A stretch of 63,661 nucleotides of DNA, the filler included, from Octopus bimaculoides (taxonomy: Eukaryota): NCBI RefSeq assembly GCF_001194135.2. It is 4 parts of 4 records of this genome, joined end to end, with 100 filler letters (N's around TTAATTAATTAA, not from the genome) between each part and the next. Parts side by side here need not be neighbours in the genome. Positions count along the whole stretch, not along the records: positions 1 to 27,443 come from NC_068981.1; 3 more parts are not named here. The stretch is one strand, 5' to 3'. This document shows positions 11,965 through 25,810 of the stretch, piece by piece. The notes beneath the pieces were generated by a model that made no database searches, was not told where the DNA came from, and was given only the letters and a program-made list of their open reading frames with translations. Positions within the stretch are counted from its first letter, which is position 1. Each line of letters begins with the position of its first letter. A program made the translations under genes and the position numbers.

Positions 11965-12517
11965 CAGTAATACCTCACTTTACGTGGACCCACATTACGA
12001 GACCCCGGGTTTACGAGTTTTATTTTATAATAAATATAAAGATCCAAATTTTTAACATAGTGCTTAAGTTTCTATTACCGTAACACATGCTTCTGTTTGT
12101 TATCGAGAAATTTATAGAAAACAAAAGAAAGTTCCTTTTAAGCAAGCAAATTTAAACATGCCTTTTAAAAAGAAATCTACAAGTCCGTCTACGAGTGCTT
12201 GTGAATCGGTGATCACGTCTACAAGTGATGGTGTGCGCGAGTCTAGTGCGAGTATAAGTGATTCAGAAAATGATTATAATGATAATACTTGTTATTATAG
12301 ACAATCTTGACATTCGTTTTACTTTACATAAAATATTTACGTTTTATTGCCATATATTTACGAGTATTATAAATTTTATAGGTAAAATATTTTTTCTGAG
12401 AACGAATTACAATTTATAACATTGCTACTATGGGGAATGATGGCTCTGCTATACAAGTTTATGCTTTACTAGCGGTCTCTGGAAACAAATTAACGCGTAT
12501 ATCGAGGCATTACTCTG
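11965..12517 (+). mobile_element. Tigger/pogo-derived non-autonomous element
   Basis: TA|cagtaatacctcactttacg ... cgtatatcgaggcattactctg|TA form imperfect TIRs with TA on both sides. Internal KQANLNMPFKKKSTSPSTS resembles the KQ.TLD.FFKK C-terminal motif of pogo/Tigger transposases. Confidence 0.65.
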
Positions 12518-13076
12518 TATATTTTATCGAACCTGCAAGAATAGAAAAGAAAGTCATCCGCGGCAAGGTTGTACAGAAACTAAGGAAAAATTTGGCTGCT
12601 TTTCTTTTTTTGTAAAGGATATTGAGCCAACGAAGAGTTTTTGCAACTAGCTGCTAGAAATGTTCTAGCTGTTACAAATAAAAGACAAAACTCCATTGAA
12701 ATACACCCTACCGATGCAAAAAGAAAGGACATATTACAAAAGCCAGAATTCGAAAAAAAAAACAAAAAAACAAAAGACAATGAGATGCTCTTAGCCATGG
12801 CTGAAAAATACTCCGTCATGAAGTACATTTGAAACTAAGCAGCAACAGAACCATACTGAGTATCGAAGAGCTAACCCGGGAGATTCTACACTATCTTCCC
12901 GACGTCCTAGAAATAGCAGCTATATTTTTCTCAAATTATACCATTTAAGTAAAAGGGTCTCTTTAACGAGTGTAGATCAAGTTGGTGGTTTTTGCGTTTA
13001 AATGACGGTATGATCGCAGTCGAGGTGTATCTGATTATAAGTTTGTCTAATCAGGACAGTTTTTGTCAGGCGAAAA

Positions 13077-13136
13077 CAACAAAATAGCATCATCATCAAC
13101 ATAAGCAGCAACAGCAACTTCATCATCCTCATCATC

Positions 13137-13203
<67 letters not shown>

Positions 13204-13250
13204 GCAACAGCAGCAACAGCAAAAATAACAGGAACAACAATATGTTGTTT
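13077..13250. repeat. (CAA)n/(CAT)n/(CAG)n trinucleotide tract
   Basis: Directly visible. Confidence 0.95.
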
Positions 13251-13572
13251 ATGCCAAAATATTTAGTAGCACAAGTAAAAGTCAATGATCCGAACGGTAA
13301 AGGTGATCAGCAACAAACTTCATTGCCTCTGTTCTGTCTTGTTGCTTACAACATGACAATATTGGCGTTATATATTGATGTATACATACATTTGTGTGTT
13401 ACNNNNNNNNNNNNNNNNNNNNNNNNNNNNNNNNNNNNNNNNNNNNNNNNNNNNNNNNNNNNNNNNNNNNNNNNATATATATGTCTGCGCATATGTGTGT
13501 GTGTGTGTGTGTGTATATATTTATATATAAACATATCTATATCTATGAAAACACATACATTCACACATGCAG

Positions 13573-13630
<58 letters not shown>

Positions 13631-14172
13631 ACATACATACACATGCTTATGTACGCAGATGTGTGTGTATGTGCATGCTTGTGTGCGTGAGGAGGCACGT
13701 CGGTTAGTGGTTAGTATTTTGCAATCATGATCCTATGAACGTTCTTTCGATTGCCAAGCAAATATATATTTATATATGTATGTACTTAACGTGTATTTTT
13801 TATTTATATATACACTTCATTTCATGTTGCTCCGTTTCATTTAGCTGTAATTGGGTAACCTTGCGAAAGAATGGCGTTCCATTGGTCTGCCTAGCTTGGC
13901 AGCGGGATGGCATCATTCGGAAGCTAGAACATTGCCAATAGTGCATTATCACCAGCGGTGTATAATTACATCCGATACTCTGCCTGATTTAGTGATATAC
14001 GAGAGTGAGCTGAAAATTTCATTGGGTGAATATGAAGCAATGATGGTGTAGCTGCGAAATCTTGCGTGCATTAATTTCAAATCTTATTTATAAACATATA
14101 TTTTACCAAGTAAACTGACATCTGACTGTTCGACGAAGACTTCAAATATAACATGAAGTAATTCTCTTGAAA

Positions 14173-15165
14173 ATGGACAAAATCTAGCACCGAAGTGTTA
14201 CCAAGTGCCTGCAGAAAAAGGGTTTAACCCCAATAATATACGTGCTGACCTGGTTGTTATATTAGTGGATGTGGTTCCAGCATTATCAATTGTGCAAAAG
14301 TAGACAACTGAATTTAGAAGGGGAAGACAAATTCTTCAAAATGGACTTCCTGGAACTGCCCCTACAGAAGAAAGCATTGATTGTGTTCTTCACATGGTGA
14401 TATATGACACGAGATTGAATATAATTCAAATAGCCAGTTCTATTAGCATACCCTGTGAGTAAGTTGAGAATATTCTGCACAATGAAATTAGCATTAATAA
14501 CGTTCCTGCTTCGTGAGGGAAAATGTGACATTGTTTGAGGCAGATCCAGCTGGTTTCATTGAACGTTTCCTAACCCAGGATGAGTGTTGGGTTCATCACA
14601 TTGAATCAAAGACAAAGAGATCATTTATACAACGATCATTTATACAACACCCTTCCTCACCTGCTCCAAAATAGGCCAAGATGTATCTTCTGCAGGGAAG
14701 GTGTTGCCCTCACGCTTTTTGGAATACAAAAGGCAGTGTGTTTATTGAACATCTTCAAAAGATAGTACTATCTTTCACGAGATAGTACTATTCCAACTTG
14801 CTGAGGTTGTTACGAAACGCTATCAAGACCAAACAGTCAAACTGAGGAAAGAGAGTGGTCTTGTTTCATAACGACAATGCTCCAGCACACAAGTCCACGG
14901 TTTCAATGGCTGCTGTGCTTGAATGTGACCTTGACTCGGCTGATCGCCCGACCAAATTTTCTGATTTGGCCTCATCTAGCTGTTATCTGCTCCCTAAAAG
15001 GACAAAAGAAACACTTGGCTAGGAACCAGTATAACAGTGAAGATGACGTCATATTTGTTGTTGATGACTTTTTTGACGAGGTGGATGAAAGCTTCTTCAC
15101 CAATGGGACGAAAGCATTGCAACACCAACGGAAGAAATGTGTCGACCGCAAGGGGAAAAAAATAA
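14173..15165 (+). mobile_element. Mariner transposase relic (irritans-like), heavily degraded with internal deletion
   Basis: MDKI*HRSVTKCLQKKGL...EFRRGR; FLTQDECWVHH; HNDNAPAH; SDLASSSCYLLP; KKCVDRKG. TIRs not confidently seen. Confidence 0.85.
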
Positions 15166-15294
15166 ACGTCATTTAAAAAAAGACACATTTCAGCCGACCC
15201 TCGTATGTGTCTGTATGTGAATGCTTGCGTCTGTGTGTGTATTTCATAATAATGTATTAACCAGAGCAATGTTTCTGGATGTATTTATTCTTCT

Positions 15295-15499
15295 AATCTT
15301 TTATTTCCTTCAGTCATTTGTCTGCGGCCATGCTGGAGCACAGCATTTAGTCGAGTAAATCGACTCCAACACTTAGTCTTTGTAAGCCTAGTACTTATTC
15401 TATCGGTCTATTTTGCTAAACCGCTAAGTTACGGGGACGTAAACACACCAGCATCGGATGTCAAGCGATGGTGCGGGGAAAAACACAGACACACAAGCA

Positions 15500-15550
<51 letters not shown>

Positions 15551-15735
15551 TCAAACACACACAAACACACACACATATATACACGACGGGCTTCTTTCAG
15601 TTTCCACCTACCAAATCCACTCTCAAGGCTTTGGTCGGCCCGAGGCTATAGTAGAAGACACTTGCCCAACGTGCCACGCAGTGTGACTGAACCCGAAACC
15701 ATGTGGTTAGTAAGGAAGCTACTTACCACACAGCC
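15295..15735 (-). mobile_element. SINE-A, full length, with expanded internal (CA)n
   Basis: Homologous along its length to 2021-2397. Confidence 0.9.
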
Positions 15736-15894
15736 AAACTTGCACCTTAACATGGGTTTGACCAATTGCCATGATTAAAAAAATAATGTTGGCTTAAAAT
15801 TTAAACTTCTGCACCACTATACTGTGGTGAAGAAAAAGTAAAAAAAGTGCATGAATGCAAACTCTGTTGCATTCTGAATAACAAAAGTTTGTTT

Positions 15895-16105
15895 GGCGGC
15901 GAACTAGAAAAATCGTTAGCATGCAGGGCAAAATGCTTAACGACATTTCGTCGGTCCATACGTTCTGAGTTCAAATTCCACCGAGGTCGACTTTACCTTT
16001 CCTCCTTTCGGGTTCGATAAAATAAGCACCAGTTGAAAACTAGGGACGATGAAATTGACTCAAACATCTCCTAAAATAGCTGGCTTTTTACCAAAATTTG
16101 AAACT
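15895..16105 (+). mobile_element. SINE-B
   Basis: ggcggcgaactagaaaaatcgttagc...gagttcaaattccaccgaggtcgactttacctttcctcctttcggg. Confidence 0.85.
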
Positions 16106-17129
16106 AATAATAATTGTTTGTGTTCAGGAAATTTCATTTCTATTTATTCTTTAGAGAATTGTTGTACTTGGGATGAAGCCCATGTAGTACAGTAGTGACG
16201 TAACTATGCGTCCAAATAGCGTCCACTTCAGTGATAAGTCTTGTCCTCTCCGCCTAAACATCTTGAAAATCCGGGTAAGCTTCGGCATTACCTTATTTAA
16301 GAAGACCTCACTGTACGTAAGCTGGGTAGAGTATCAGTTAATGAATTTTTTTCTGCCATTTTTAACCGGGTGGACATCTACTTAAAGGTTCTTTTTGTTG
16401 CGAGTTCTTATGAGTTTGTAGTGTATATGTGTCATGTACATAAGCATGTATAATTCTAAACACTAAGATATCAGCCAAATAAAATAGTAAAACACCATTA
16501 CCTTATATTGAAAATAGATTAAAGATGAAGATAAAACAATCTTGAATCATTTCAACAGCTTGCGAAAATGTCTTTAAATAACCGTCAGCTATTAAAGATA
16601 TTTGGCAATGAGTCAGAACCAAGATAAGTAGATCTTTTGATAAACCATTAGAGTTAGATGTCTTGCGAAGATGTACATTGTTACAATTTAAGCTGTTTAG
16701 TAAGATTTTCTGCTGTGGTGCTGTTTTAAATGGTCGAAATAGGCTGAAATGAGGAAACGAGAAAATGTAGTCTGTTATATATGAATGAAAATCAGGAGAC
16801 AGTAATTATTCAATGACATTGGAAGTTATAAACCGAAATAAGATCAAATATGCAATCACGAAGTCACATATACATACGTATGCATGTGTTTGTGTGTGTC
16901 TGTGTGAGAATGTGTATGTGTATTGATATATGTTTGTATGTGTGTATCTATATATATATGTATGTATGTATATATGTATATACATAATATATAGGAACGC
17001 TGGGTAAGTGGTACAGTTGGTCGACCGTTAGGTTCCAAGATCACAGCTAAGGCTAGATCTAGCGATCCGTTTTAGCGTTGCGTTATAGCAGGTATATATT
17101 ATATTAGAGGAAAAACAAAACCAAAGCAG

Positions 17130-17191
<62 letters not shown>

Positions 17192-17748
17192 GAAACAATG
17201 TAGTAATATAAGTCAACTCATTGCATGCGATATCTTGACTTTTACGGTCAACAAACATTCAGTCCTGTTTATCTCCGCATAATCATTGTAAACTTCCCGT
17301 AAATTTCCTACAAAAGCTGTGAGTTATTGCTTTTTAACAGTCACGCATTTTAGAGACCACTGAAGAAAGTATATAATTTTTTTCTTTTTGTTTTTTCGTT
17401 TATGTAGATTTGTGAGATTTTGCAATAATGTCACTCCCTGTCACCTAGTAAAATATGTTACTTCGAGTTTAAATATAAAGCATTGTATTCTGGTTATCTA
17501 CTGTTTCATAACATCCACCATTTACAACAAAAATCTTATAACAAGGGAAGAGTGACTTACCTTAAAGAAGCAGATATCTGACAATTTTCATTTTTCGAAA
17601 TATTTTCCTATCATTTTCTGTCGATATGAGAAAACAAACAGGACCTGAACAAGCTTGACAACTTCAGACACAGCTATCGATCGAAGGCTATATATTTTGG
17701 GATATTTTCATATTATTTAACAATCATGTTATGTATGATATATATATG

Positions 17749-18122
17749 AAAGAGACCACTAAGTGGACTGCTGATGTGCTAGAAGAAGATCACATGTAAT
17801 GTGTATATTAAGATCGAATTGTTCTGAAAGAAAAAAATTAGCGAAGCAAAATATGCAGGCGAGACTAGTGAAAATTACAGAATTCTGGGAATTATATTTC
17901 TTTGGTAGTCCGTACTAAAGCGAAATAGATATTTTCGGTAAGGAAATATTAATTTCGAAACCGGTCTACGGATAACTTTTGTATTTATTTCTGTAATTTT
18001 CACTAGTCTCGCCCGCATGTTTTGCTTCGGTAAATTTTTTCTTTGAGAACAATTCGGTCTTAATAGACACATTACATGTGATCTTCTTCTAGCCCATTAG
18101 CAATCCACTTAGTGGTCTCTTT
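17749..18122. repeat. 134-bp inverted repeat around a 106-bp spacer, set in (TA)n; probable PLE-derived inverted insertion
   Basis: Arm 17749-17882 (aaagagaccactaagtgg...gtgaaaattacagaa) pairs with arm 17989-18122 (ttctgtaattttcac...ccacttagtggtctcttt), roughly 90% identical. Confidence 0.85.
17909..17972 (+). ncRNA. Degenerate type I hammerhead ribozyme motif with extended helix II
   Basis: Helix I UCCGUA/UACGGA; core CUAAAGC (G5A and A9C versus CUGANGA); helix II GAAAU/AUUUC plus AUAUUUUC/GGAAAUAU; then GAAA-CCGG-UC with palindromic ACCGGU. Confidence 0.5.
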
Positions 18123-18275
18123 TATATATACATATACAATAATCCTTTGAGATCTCAGATAATTTTTTCTGAATCTCCTGATGCTTTTAATGTGCTAGTT
18201 ACCTGGTATTACATTGACATTAATTAATATCCAAATTTTTACCCTAATATTTTAATATATATATAGATATAAATA

Positions 18276-18325
<50 letters not shown>

Positions 18326-18699
18326 TAAGGCAAAATAAACAAAAATGTATTCCGTCCAATAAGAGATGAATGCCATTTAATGCGCACATTATAAAGATAC
18401 GAGCTACTAATATTTTCTTGCTTTAGAGACACAAATTTAACCAGGTCTTTATAACTCACCTTGTGTCTCCAAGTCATCTTTTAGGCCCTGAGTACGTTGT
18501 TTATACAATTAGCAAATCAAGACATTGGGGCAAGAGAAATCATGAGAAAAATGTGAAGGTGGTTGCCAAAATCGGGTAGATTGAAACGGAAAATGTCCCC
18601 TATGAACGTAAAGCTACAATCAACTAGTTATGGAATTATTCAACGAATGGTGTCCGAAGTTTGCAAGACAGTTGCTCATTCCGGAGAGGGTAGTAACCT

Positions 18700-19060
18700 C
18701 CAGTTCGCCAAAAGAAAATCGTCCATATACTTTTATTTGCTGAACATTTCGAATCTTGAATTCAATAGTGCGTTGAAATTCTTAGATCTAAATAAGTTGC
18801 ATTTCTTAGATCCTTAAGCATATGGCATGGATTTCCCAACGGTTTTTCATTTGATTGCATATGGTGTGCAGTTGCTTTTCAAATCCTATATGTGGCTAGC
18901 CAACTTAGTGGTTTTACTTTTGTCGATGTGCCGGAAAGAAAATAGGCGGTTTCGATTATGTCTTCTGAAATCACCTACGCATAACTCAATATAATTTTTC
19001 TTTTCGGTCAGGTCATCTTGAAGTGTTTTTTTCGACTTCTGCTTCGAATACGACTTGACC
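18700..19060 (-). mobile_element. Penelope-like element fragment: GIY-YIG endonuclease C-terminal half (different family from 8538)
   Basis: QVVFEAEVE / KNYIELCVGDFRRHNRNRLFSFRHIDKSKTTKLASHI*DLKSNCTPYAIK*KTVGKSMPYA*GSKKCNL / LLNSRFEMFSK...DDFLLANW matches the PLE pattern VVY.A.V...YIG.TEG.FK.RY.NH..SFRH...T.LS.HIW.LK...Y.IKW...PY..GSK.CNLC...LLN.RSE..SKC. Confidence 0.8.
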
Positions 19061-20931
19061 AGTCGTGTATGATAAAATCCAACGTATATATATGTATGAT
19101 GATGAATTTTTACAGATAAGTTTTGAATTATTCTCTGAGTGTAATGGATTTCATTGAAGTGCGCTTATTAAGGTTATGAAAAATTAAAATCATATCTGTT
19201 CGAATTAACTTAGTTTCCTTAACGGAGCAATCGAAGTTGATGTTTAGTCTCAGGCCAGATATAACCAACCTGACGTTTGGAAGTATTAAAGAACATAATG
19301 CCTCACCCAAGGTTTAATTGTAAAGAACATAAACTTTTTCTGAGTGTTGTAGGGTGGAATCTGAGATAAATTTGACTCATTTTTACAGGCCGAACCAGCC
19401 TGTGGAAAGCAGAATTCAGACGGCGTTTACTGTCAATGAGGAAAAAAATGATAGCACAGCTGCTAATATTTACTGTGTTCTTAGTTTTCTATATGAACGC
19501 CCTGAATTTCTCTCAGGTCGAATTTAATATTTATGTTCCTGGTGCCAATATAAATACTGTTATAAATATATAAGATCAATTAGATATGAAAATACTCTAA
19601 CATTCTCAATATTCAGAGCTTCGTCTCATAAAATGGAAATTAAAAACTAAACAGGAAACTGGCATCATATTTGAATTAATGTATTTGAAATATAAATTTA
19701 CATTGAACTAGGTGAAGGTGATAATGAATGCTTTGAGATATCTAAGGAGATTCTGTGATGGTTTTTATATCCTAAGGGAAACTAACATATTTTGGCTCAA
19801 AGCCCCAATGTGAAATTACTTCCGAACGCAGTAGACGAATCGCCGCGTGGCCATTGCTTTTTCCTATTTTATTTGTTATGGTTGGCACTGATATTCTGCG
19901 AAAGGTGAATTTAGATTAATCGAACAGAAGACAACAGGGTATTCGATTAGCAGAGGGCTAATTTGAGATTTATGTTATTCGATACAAATAAATTAAGGAA
20001 ACTCTCATAACATGTTGTTTTCCCATTAAAGTTTTAAATGGCACCTAAGTGCTATGTTGTCAAGTAAACACATTTTGCTACATGATGCAAACACAATCTG
20101 AAGAAGAGTGGCTTTTTCATGTTTTATAGCATTGTATTTCAGGGGTCAGAACCTTTATACTACTGATCGTACGTGATTACAGTTGTACTTATTACGATGC
20201 TAAATTTTCTTTAGTGATTATTACTATATATTATGCTCCTGGGAAGAGACCGTTATGGAAATATTTACACACGGTCAACTTTGAACATTTCTGATAATGG
20301 AAATCACATCGATTTCATCGAATATAGTGTGTGATCTGGTTGTAGCATGATTATAAAAATGGCCTGTATTCAGAGTACATCTACTCTTAGCATAATTTTC
20401 AGTGAGAGTGAGCGTGACACTGTGATAATACTGGCACTTTGATTATAGAGATTATCCGTTTTAAAGGAGTTTCATATATGTTTTGTCTCTTTCATTCTGA
20501 AGGTTCGAACCCGGTTATGTACAAAAAAACGTTTTCATTATTTGCCTATGCCTGAACACTTTCGCACATAGGTAGCGCACTAACCGAAAGAAAAAAAAAA
20601 TTAAAGCTTGTATACAGGATTACAAAAGAGAATGTAGTTACTGACAGTCAAACGCGTGTATATATGTGTATATGTAGGAATATACGCATGTATGTATGTA
20701 TGCCTGTGTGTATATATGTACTCACATACACAGTCATACACACACACATATATATATGTACATAAATGTAAATGTGTGCGTGTATATGACTGTGTATGCG
20801 AGTACATATATATACAGGCGTACATTTATACATACATATATATACACACAACCACATACATATATGTGTGTGTGTTAGTGTGCGTGCGTACGCGCATGCG
20901 TGTGCGTGTGCGTGTGCGTGTGTGTGTGTGT

Positions 20932-21015
20932 GTCTATTGGTTGACCGAGGATTCTGAAAATATCAGCCAATTTCTACCAAATGGTTGATTTAACGAAAAC
21001 TTGGCTCTGAGAAAA

Positions 21016-21075
<60 letters not shown>

Positions 21076-21119
21076 GTACGTATTTATATATGTCTTCAAT
21101 CTGCGGTCAACCAATAGAC
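20932..21119. mobile_element. Small MITE-like element with a 16-bp perfect TIR enclosing a microsatellite
   Basis: gtctattggttgaccg (20932-20947) is the exact reverse complement of cggtcaaccaatagac (21104-21119); TGT lies on both flanks. Confidence 0.5.
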
Positions 21120-22047
21120 TGTTTGAAAGATAATTTTATCCAACAAATTTATATCAGACACCGTATACTTCTAATGCAAGGTATGTATTGAGCAATGTAT
21201 ATGTTCTTAAACCACAATGCATATATATATACACACATATACTTACGTGTGTATGCATACACATGCAATTATATTTTTGTATATCTATGTATAAATTCGT
21301 GTGTGTACGTGTGTGTTTGCCTATTTTTATTGCTTCCTCAATATACAAATAGCCGACTGACATGGGAATTATAAATAAAAAGAAAACAAAACTAAAGTAA
21401 AACTATCGCCACTACCATATGTTACACTTACAAAAAAAACGAAAATAAAGAAAGAAAATGACGAATACATGAACGTAAAAATAAAGGAAATGTTAAAACA
21501 AGTACATTGCAACACCACATCTATGTAGATTAAACGAATAACAATATTACGTTTTTCCTAATAAATATACATAAAATGTTTAACTTCTGTATTTTTTTCT
21601 ACACACCGTCTTTTCCTTCTCATTTTTAAGATACACAAACAAATATAAAAGGAAACAAACAGAAGATAAAACATTGATATTACAAAAAGAGGTTCTATAT
21701 ACATCATACGTGTGTATGTGTGTATGTGTGTGTGGGTGTGTGTGTACACAATCATAAATTTATTATGAAAATGTTTGTAACGGTTGTGTTTTTAATAAGC
21801 GTGAGGTTGATAAATATTTGCATATTGACACTAGGTATTATAAACTATAGAACAAGGAAATTAACAAAGTAAATGATTCTTAGCCAAACAATAAACATAC
21901 GCATCTAGAAACATAGTCATGTATGTATGTATGCATGTATGTATGTATGTATGTATGTATGTATATATATATATATATATATTTGTAATATTTCCATGTA
22001 TATACATGTATATACACATATATATGCGCAAATATATATACTCATGC

Positions 22048-22103
<56 letters not shown>

Positions 22104-23058
22104 GTGTATTTATGTATGTATTAAGTTTTATATATCATATATATGCATGCAAATACAAAGACGCACAGATAATTGCATATATAAATATTTTATGCATACT
22201 ATATATAAAATATTTATCCTTATACTTAGATTAATACAGACACCCATACACCTGTACGTATGCATATACAGAAGTCCATCACAAGTATACGTGCATACAC
22301 ACACACACACACATATACACATACGTGTATCCATACATCAATTCATTCCTCCATCCACCCATCCACCCATGCATACATACAGATACATAAATTTATGATG
22401 CGTTTGTGAATGCATATATTTGCTTGTGTTTCTGAATGCAGGTATATTGTCTGTATATTGGTCTACGAGTCAAGTAGAGAGTAGATTTTTGAGCCATGGT
22501 TTCATTCCTATAGGTATTAGGCATTTTCTCAGCAATACACATTAATGGATTTGAACTTATCACTGGCAACATTGAATTCAAGTATCAATTATTCCTCAAG
22601 GGATTCACTAATGAACCTTCAGAGTACAAATTTCGGCCTGCACTAGCTGACTGAAATTAGTCCACTTCTGTTCCTTTCGATTTAGCATGGTAGTAAATAA
22701 TACAAAATTTCTCCGAAGGACAGATATTACAGAAACTTGGTTCATTCTGAAAAGGCAGCTGTCTTAAGTAATATTTCTCATTACAATGCACCAGGAAAGT
22801 GTTTGCTTAATTCAAATGACGAAACCCCCAAGTTAGAGATTTTAGTCACGTTTGAAGCAATCTTCAACTGAAGAAAATGCTCCTACATCAAACTTTTACT
22901 TACGTTAACTAAATTATACTAATCACGTGAACAACGGGTTGATTCACATAGCAAAGAAAACGTGGAATTTTCTATTGTTTTTTTAATCCAAATGAGAAAC
23001 AGACTCTCGTTTATCGTTTCTGGACCATGTTAAATAGTAATTATGTAAAACATAAAGC

Positions 23059-23258
23059 AGCTGGTGGAATCGCCAGCACACCAGGCAAAATGTTTAACTA
23101 CATTTCTTCTGTCTTTTTGTTCGGAGCTCAAATACCGCCGAAGTCAACTTTGCCTTTCCCTTCGAGGTCTGTAAAATAAGTACCGGTTGAGCACTGGGGT
23201 TGATATAATTGACTAACCCGCTCCCCTAAACTTGCAGGCTTTGTGCCAAAATTTTAAA
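23059..23258 (+). mobile_element. SINE-B (diverged)
   Basis: gctggtggaatcgccagc...ctcaaataccgccgaagtcaactttgcc...aagtaccggttgagcactggggttgat...gctttgtgccaaaattt. Confidence 0.8.
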
Positions 23259-23441
23259 TCAATATAAATATTATACCAATGTAACGCTGGCAGTCTACGC
23301 TGTATCTATTGATTTTGAACCTGAAGTTATGCTGTGATCTCTGTATTTTGATGACGGAAGTTTGAGGTGGGTGCTGGTACAGGTAAAATTTGAAAGAGGG
23401 CGCAACAATTCACACAGTATCTCTCTCTCTCACTCTCTCTC

Positions 23442-23492
<51 letters not shown>

Positions 23493-25174
23493 AAGCACAC
23501 GCACGTACGCACAGACAAACATACACAAAATTCTTACTGAGCTATTGCTCCAGTTTTTGAATAACCATTGCTTATTCATAACAAATCTCTTGAGAAATAC
23601 ATCAAAAACTGTCATCTTCAGTAGAAATACATAACAGTTCATAATATATTTCTCTAGAGATTTTCTATTCAGAAATACCCTTTATAGCGCATGATGACGC
23701 ATCAATGATCACGTGATTACTTGAAATCAAACCGATCGAAAATTACTAACAAGTCATTTTTGTAAAACGCTTTTGGATAATTTAAAAAGGAAGACATTAT
23801 TCTTCTAATAAGCATGCAAATACCCTCTAGGTGTGAAAAGTAAGTGAATTGTTGCATGACACGTTTAGTATAATGTTTTTTATAAAAGGTATTCTTTATA
23901 TTTCTAATTATCCATAAGCAATGTCTATTGCAAAATGAATGAATTAATAATTAATCTATGTTGCCAGTGCATGTACATTTATGTAACCAAGACTGAGTTT
24001 AGCTGCGTCCATGTTTACATAAGTGTTTTTTTACGATGAGTTTCAATGAAGACAGACAATAAGAGAGGTTCCACGTTTTCTACGACAGACTGATGAAATA
24101 TGTGTTGTAACCACTGAATTGAATTTACACAACGAGTTTTAAACTGTTATGCTTACTGAAAAAATATATCTAACAATTAATATGTGAGTTTTTGCATAGG
24201 CGCATGCGTGCTTGCGTGAGTGAGTGTGGAAATATGTCTGTGTCATGCTTGGAGGTATTAGCTACGATTAGTTCAGTACGCGCCATCATGTGAAATGGTC
24301 ACGACTGATAACTGTTATAGAGATCATCAATGTATAAAAGAGGTGGTCATTATCTCAGTATTACATAGATTTGTGAGTGTAAACACACACAAACACATAC
24401 ACACACATATACTTACGCACACACACACAAACATATATGTATATATATATATATACGTACACAAACACACACATATATATACACATATACATATATATAT
24501 ATATATACATACATACATGCATACATGCATACACACACATACATACCCATGGAATTAATATGAACAGCAGTTTGCAATGTTTCACCAAAATGGAGAATTA
24601 AAACCGTCACTAAATGCGACTAGAGTGTTATATATATATATATNNNNNNNNNNNNNNNNNNNNNNNNNNNNNNNNNNNNNNNNNNNNNNNNNNNNNNNNN
24701 NNNNNNNNNNNNNNNNNNNNNNNNNNNNNNNNNNNNNNNNNNNNNNNNNNNNNNNNNNNNNNNNNNNNNNNNNNNNNNNNNNNNNNNNNNNNNNNNNNNN
24801 NNNNNNNNNNNNNNNNNNNNNNNNNNNNNNNNNNNNNNNNNNNNNNNNNNNNNNNNNNNNNNNNNNNNNNNNNNNNNNNNNNNNNNNNNNNNNNNNNNNN
24901 NNNNNNNNNNNNNNNNNNNNNNNNNNNNNNNNNNNNNNNNNNNNNNNNNNNNNNNNNNNNNNNNNNNNNNNNNNNNNNNNNNNNNNNNNNNNNNNNNNNN
25001 NNNNNNNNNNNNNNNNNNNNNNNNNNNNNNNNNNNNNNNNNNNNNNNNNNNNNNNNNNNNNNNNNNNNNNNNNNNNNNNNNNNNNNNNNNNNNNNNNNNN
25101 NNNNNNNNNNNNNNNNNNNNNNNNNNNNNNNNNNNNNNNNNNNNNNNNNNNNNNNNNNNNNNNNNNNNNNNNNN

Positions 25175-25216
<42 letters not shown>

Positions 25217-25482
25217 TCTTATATTGTATATGTATGTATACCAATGTATTATGGAATTTACGTGAGTTTTTTGTCTGCGGTGCTGATTTTACACGTTCCT
25301 ATAAACTTGGAGCATGAAACGAACGACGCTAACCCATCAATTCAATGTGTTGTTCACTGAAAATATTATGGACGCTCTATTTAGGTTAGCAGGACTACTT
25401 TACGACTTGATCAATATTTTCCTGTACCTGGTTTATTCACAGTTGCTTTTGTTCCTTATTGTAGTGAAAGATATATTACACA

Positions 25483-25810
25483 GTGAAAGAAGAAGTAATA
25501 AAACCGATTCATAAAGGGGGCAGTAGATCACAGAGAAGCTGCTATAAAGCCGTACTGCTTACATCGCATCTTTCAAAAGTTCTAAAGCGAATTATATCTA
25601 GAAGGGTAATAAGTTACTCAGAAAAACCGAACTATTTCAACAAAATCCTGCATGGTTTCCGCTTCGGAAGAGAGTGTCAGACACAACTTTTCCAATAATA
25701 GTACCGATTTCTGGAAATAGTATTATCTGGTCCAAATTGTGAAAGCTTACACCTTGATATTGCAGAAGCATTTGAAAATATCGGTCACACCATTTTATGA
25801 TGCAAACTCT
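25483..25810 (+). mobile_element. CR1/L2-group LINE reverse transcriptase fragment
   Basis: IKPIHKGGSRS...YKAVLLTSHLSKVLKRII...HGFRFGRECQTQL...LHLDIAEAFENIGHTIL*CKL matches PI.K.G....NYRP.SLTS...K..E.II...QHGFR.GRSC.TQL...YLDF.KAFD.V.H..L..KL. Confidence 0.85.

Noticed and set aside
12641-12832. 63-aa ORF next to the Tigger derivative (also 28835-29083)
   Set aside because: Lies outside the TIRs and has no recognisable motif.
15895-15990. tRNA genes suggested by A/B-box motifs
   Set aside because: All such motifs are SINE heads continuing into SINE bodies; no complete cloverleaf.
19389-19527. Acceptor followed by about 45 open codons
   Set aside because: No good donor and no recognisable protein.
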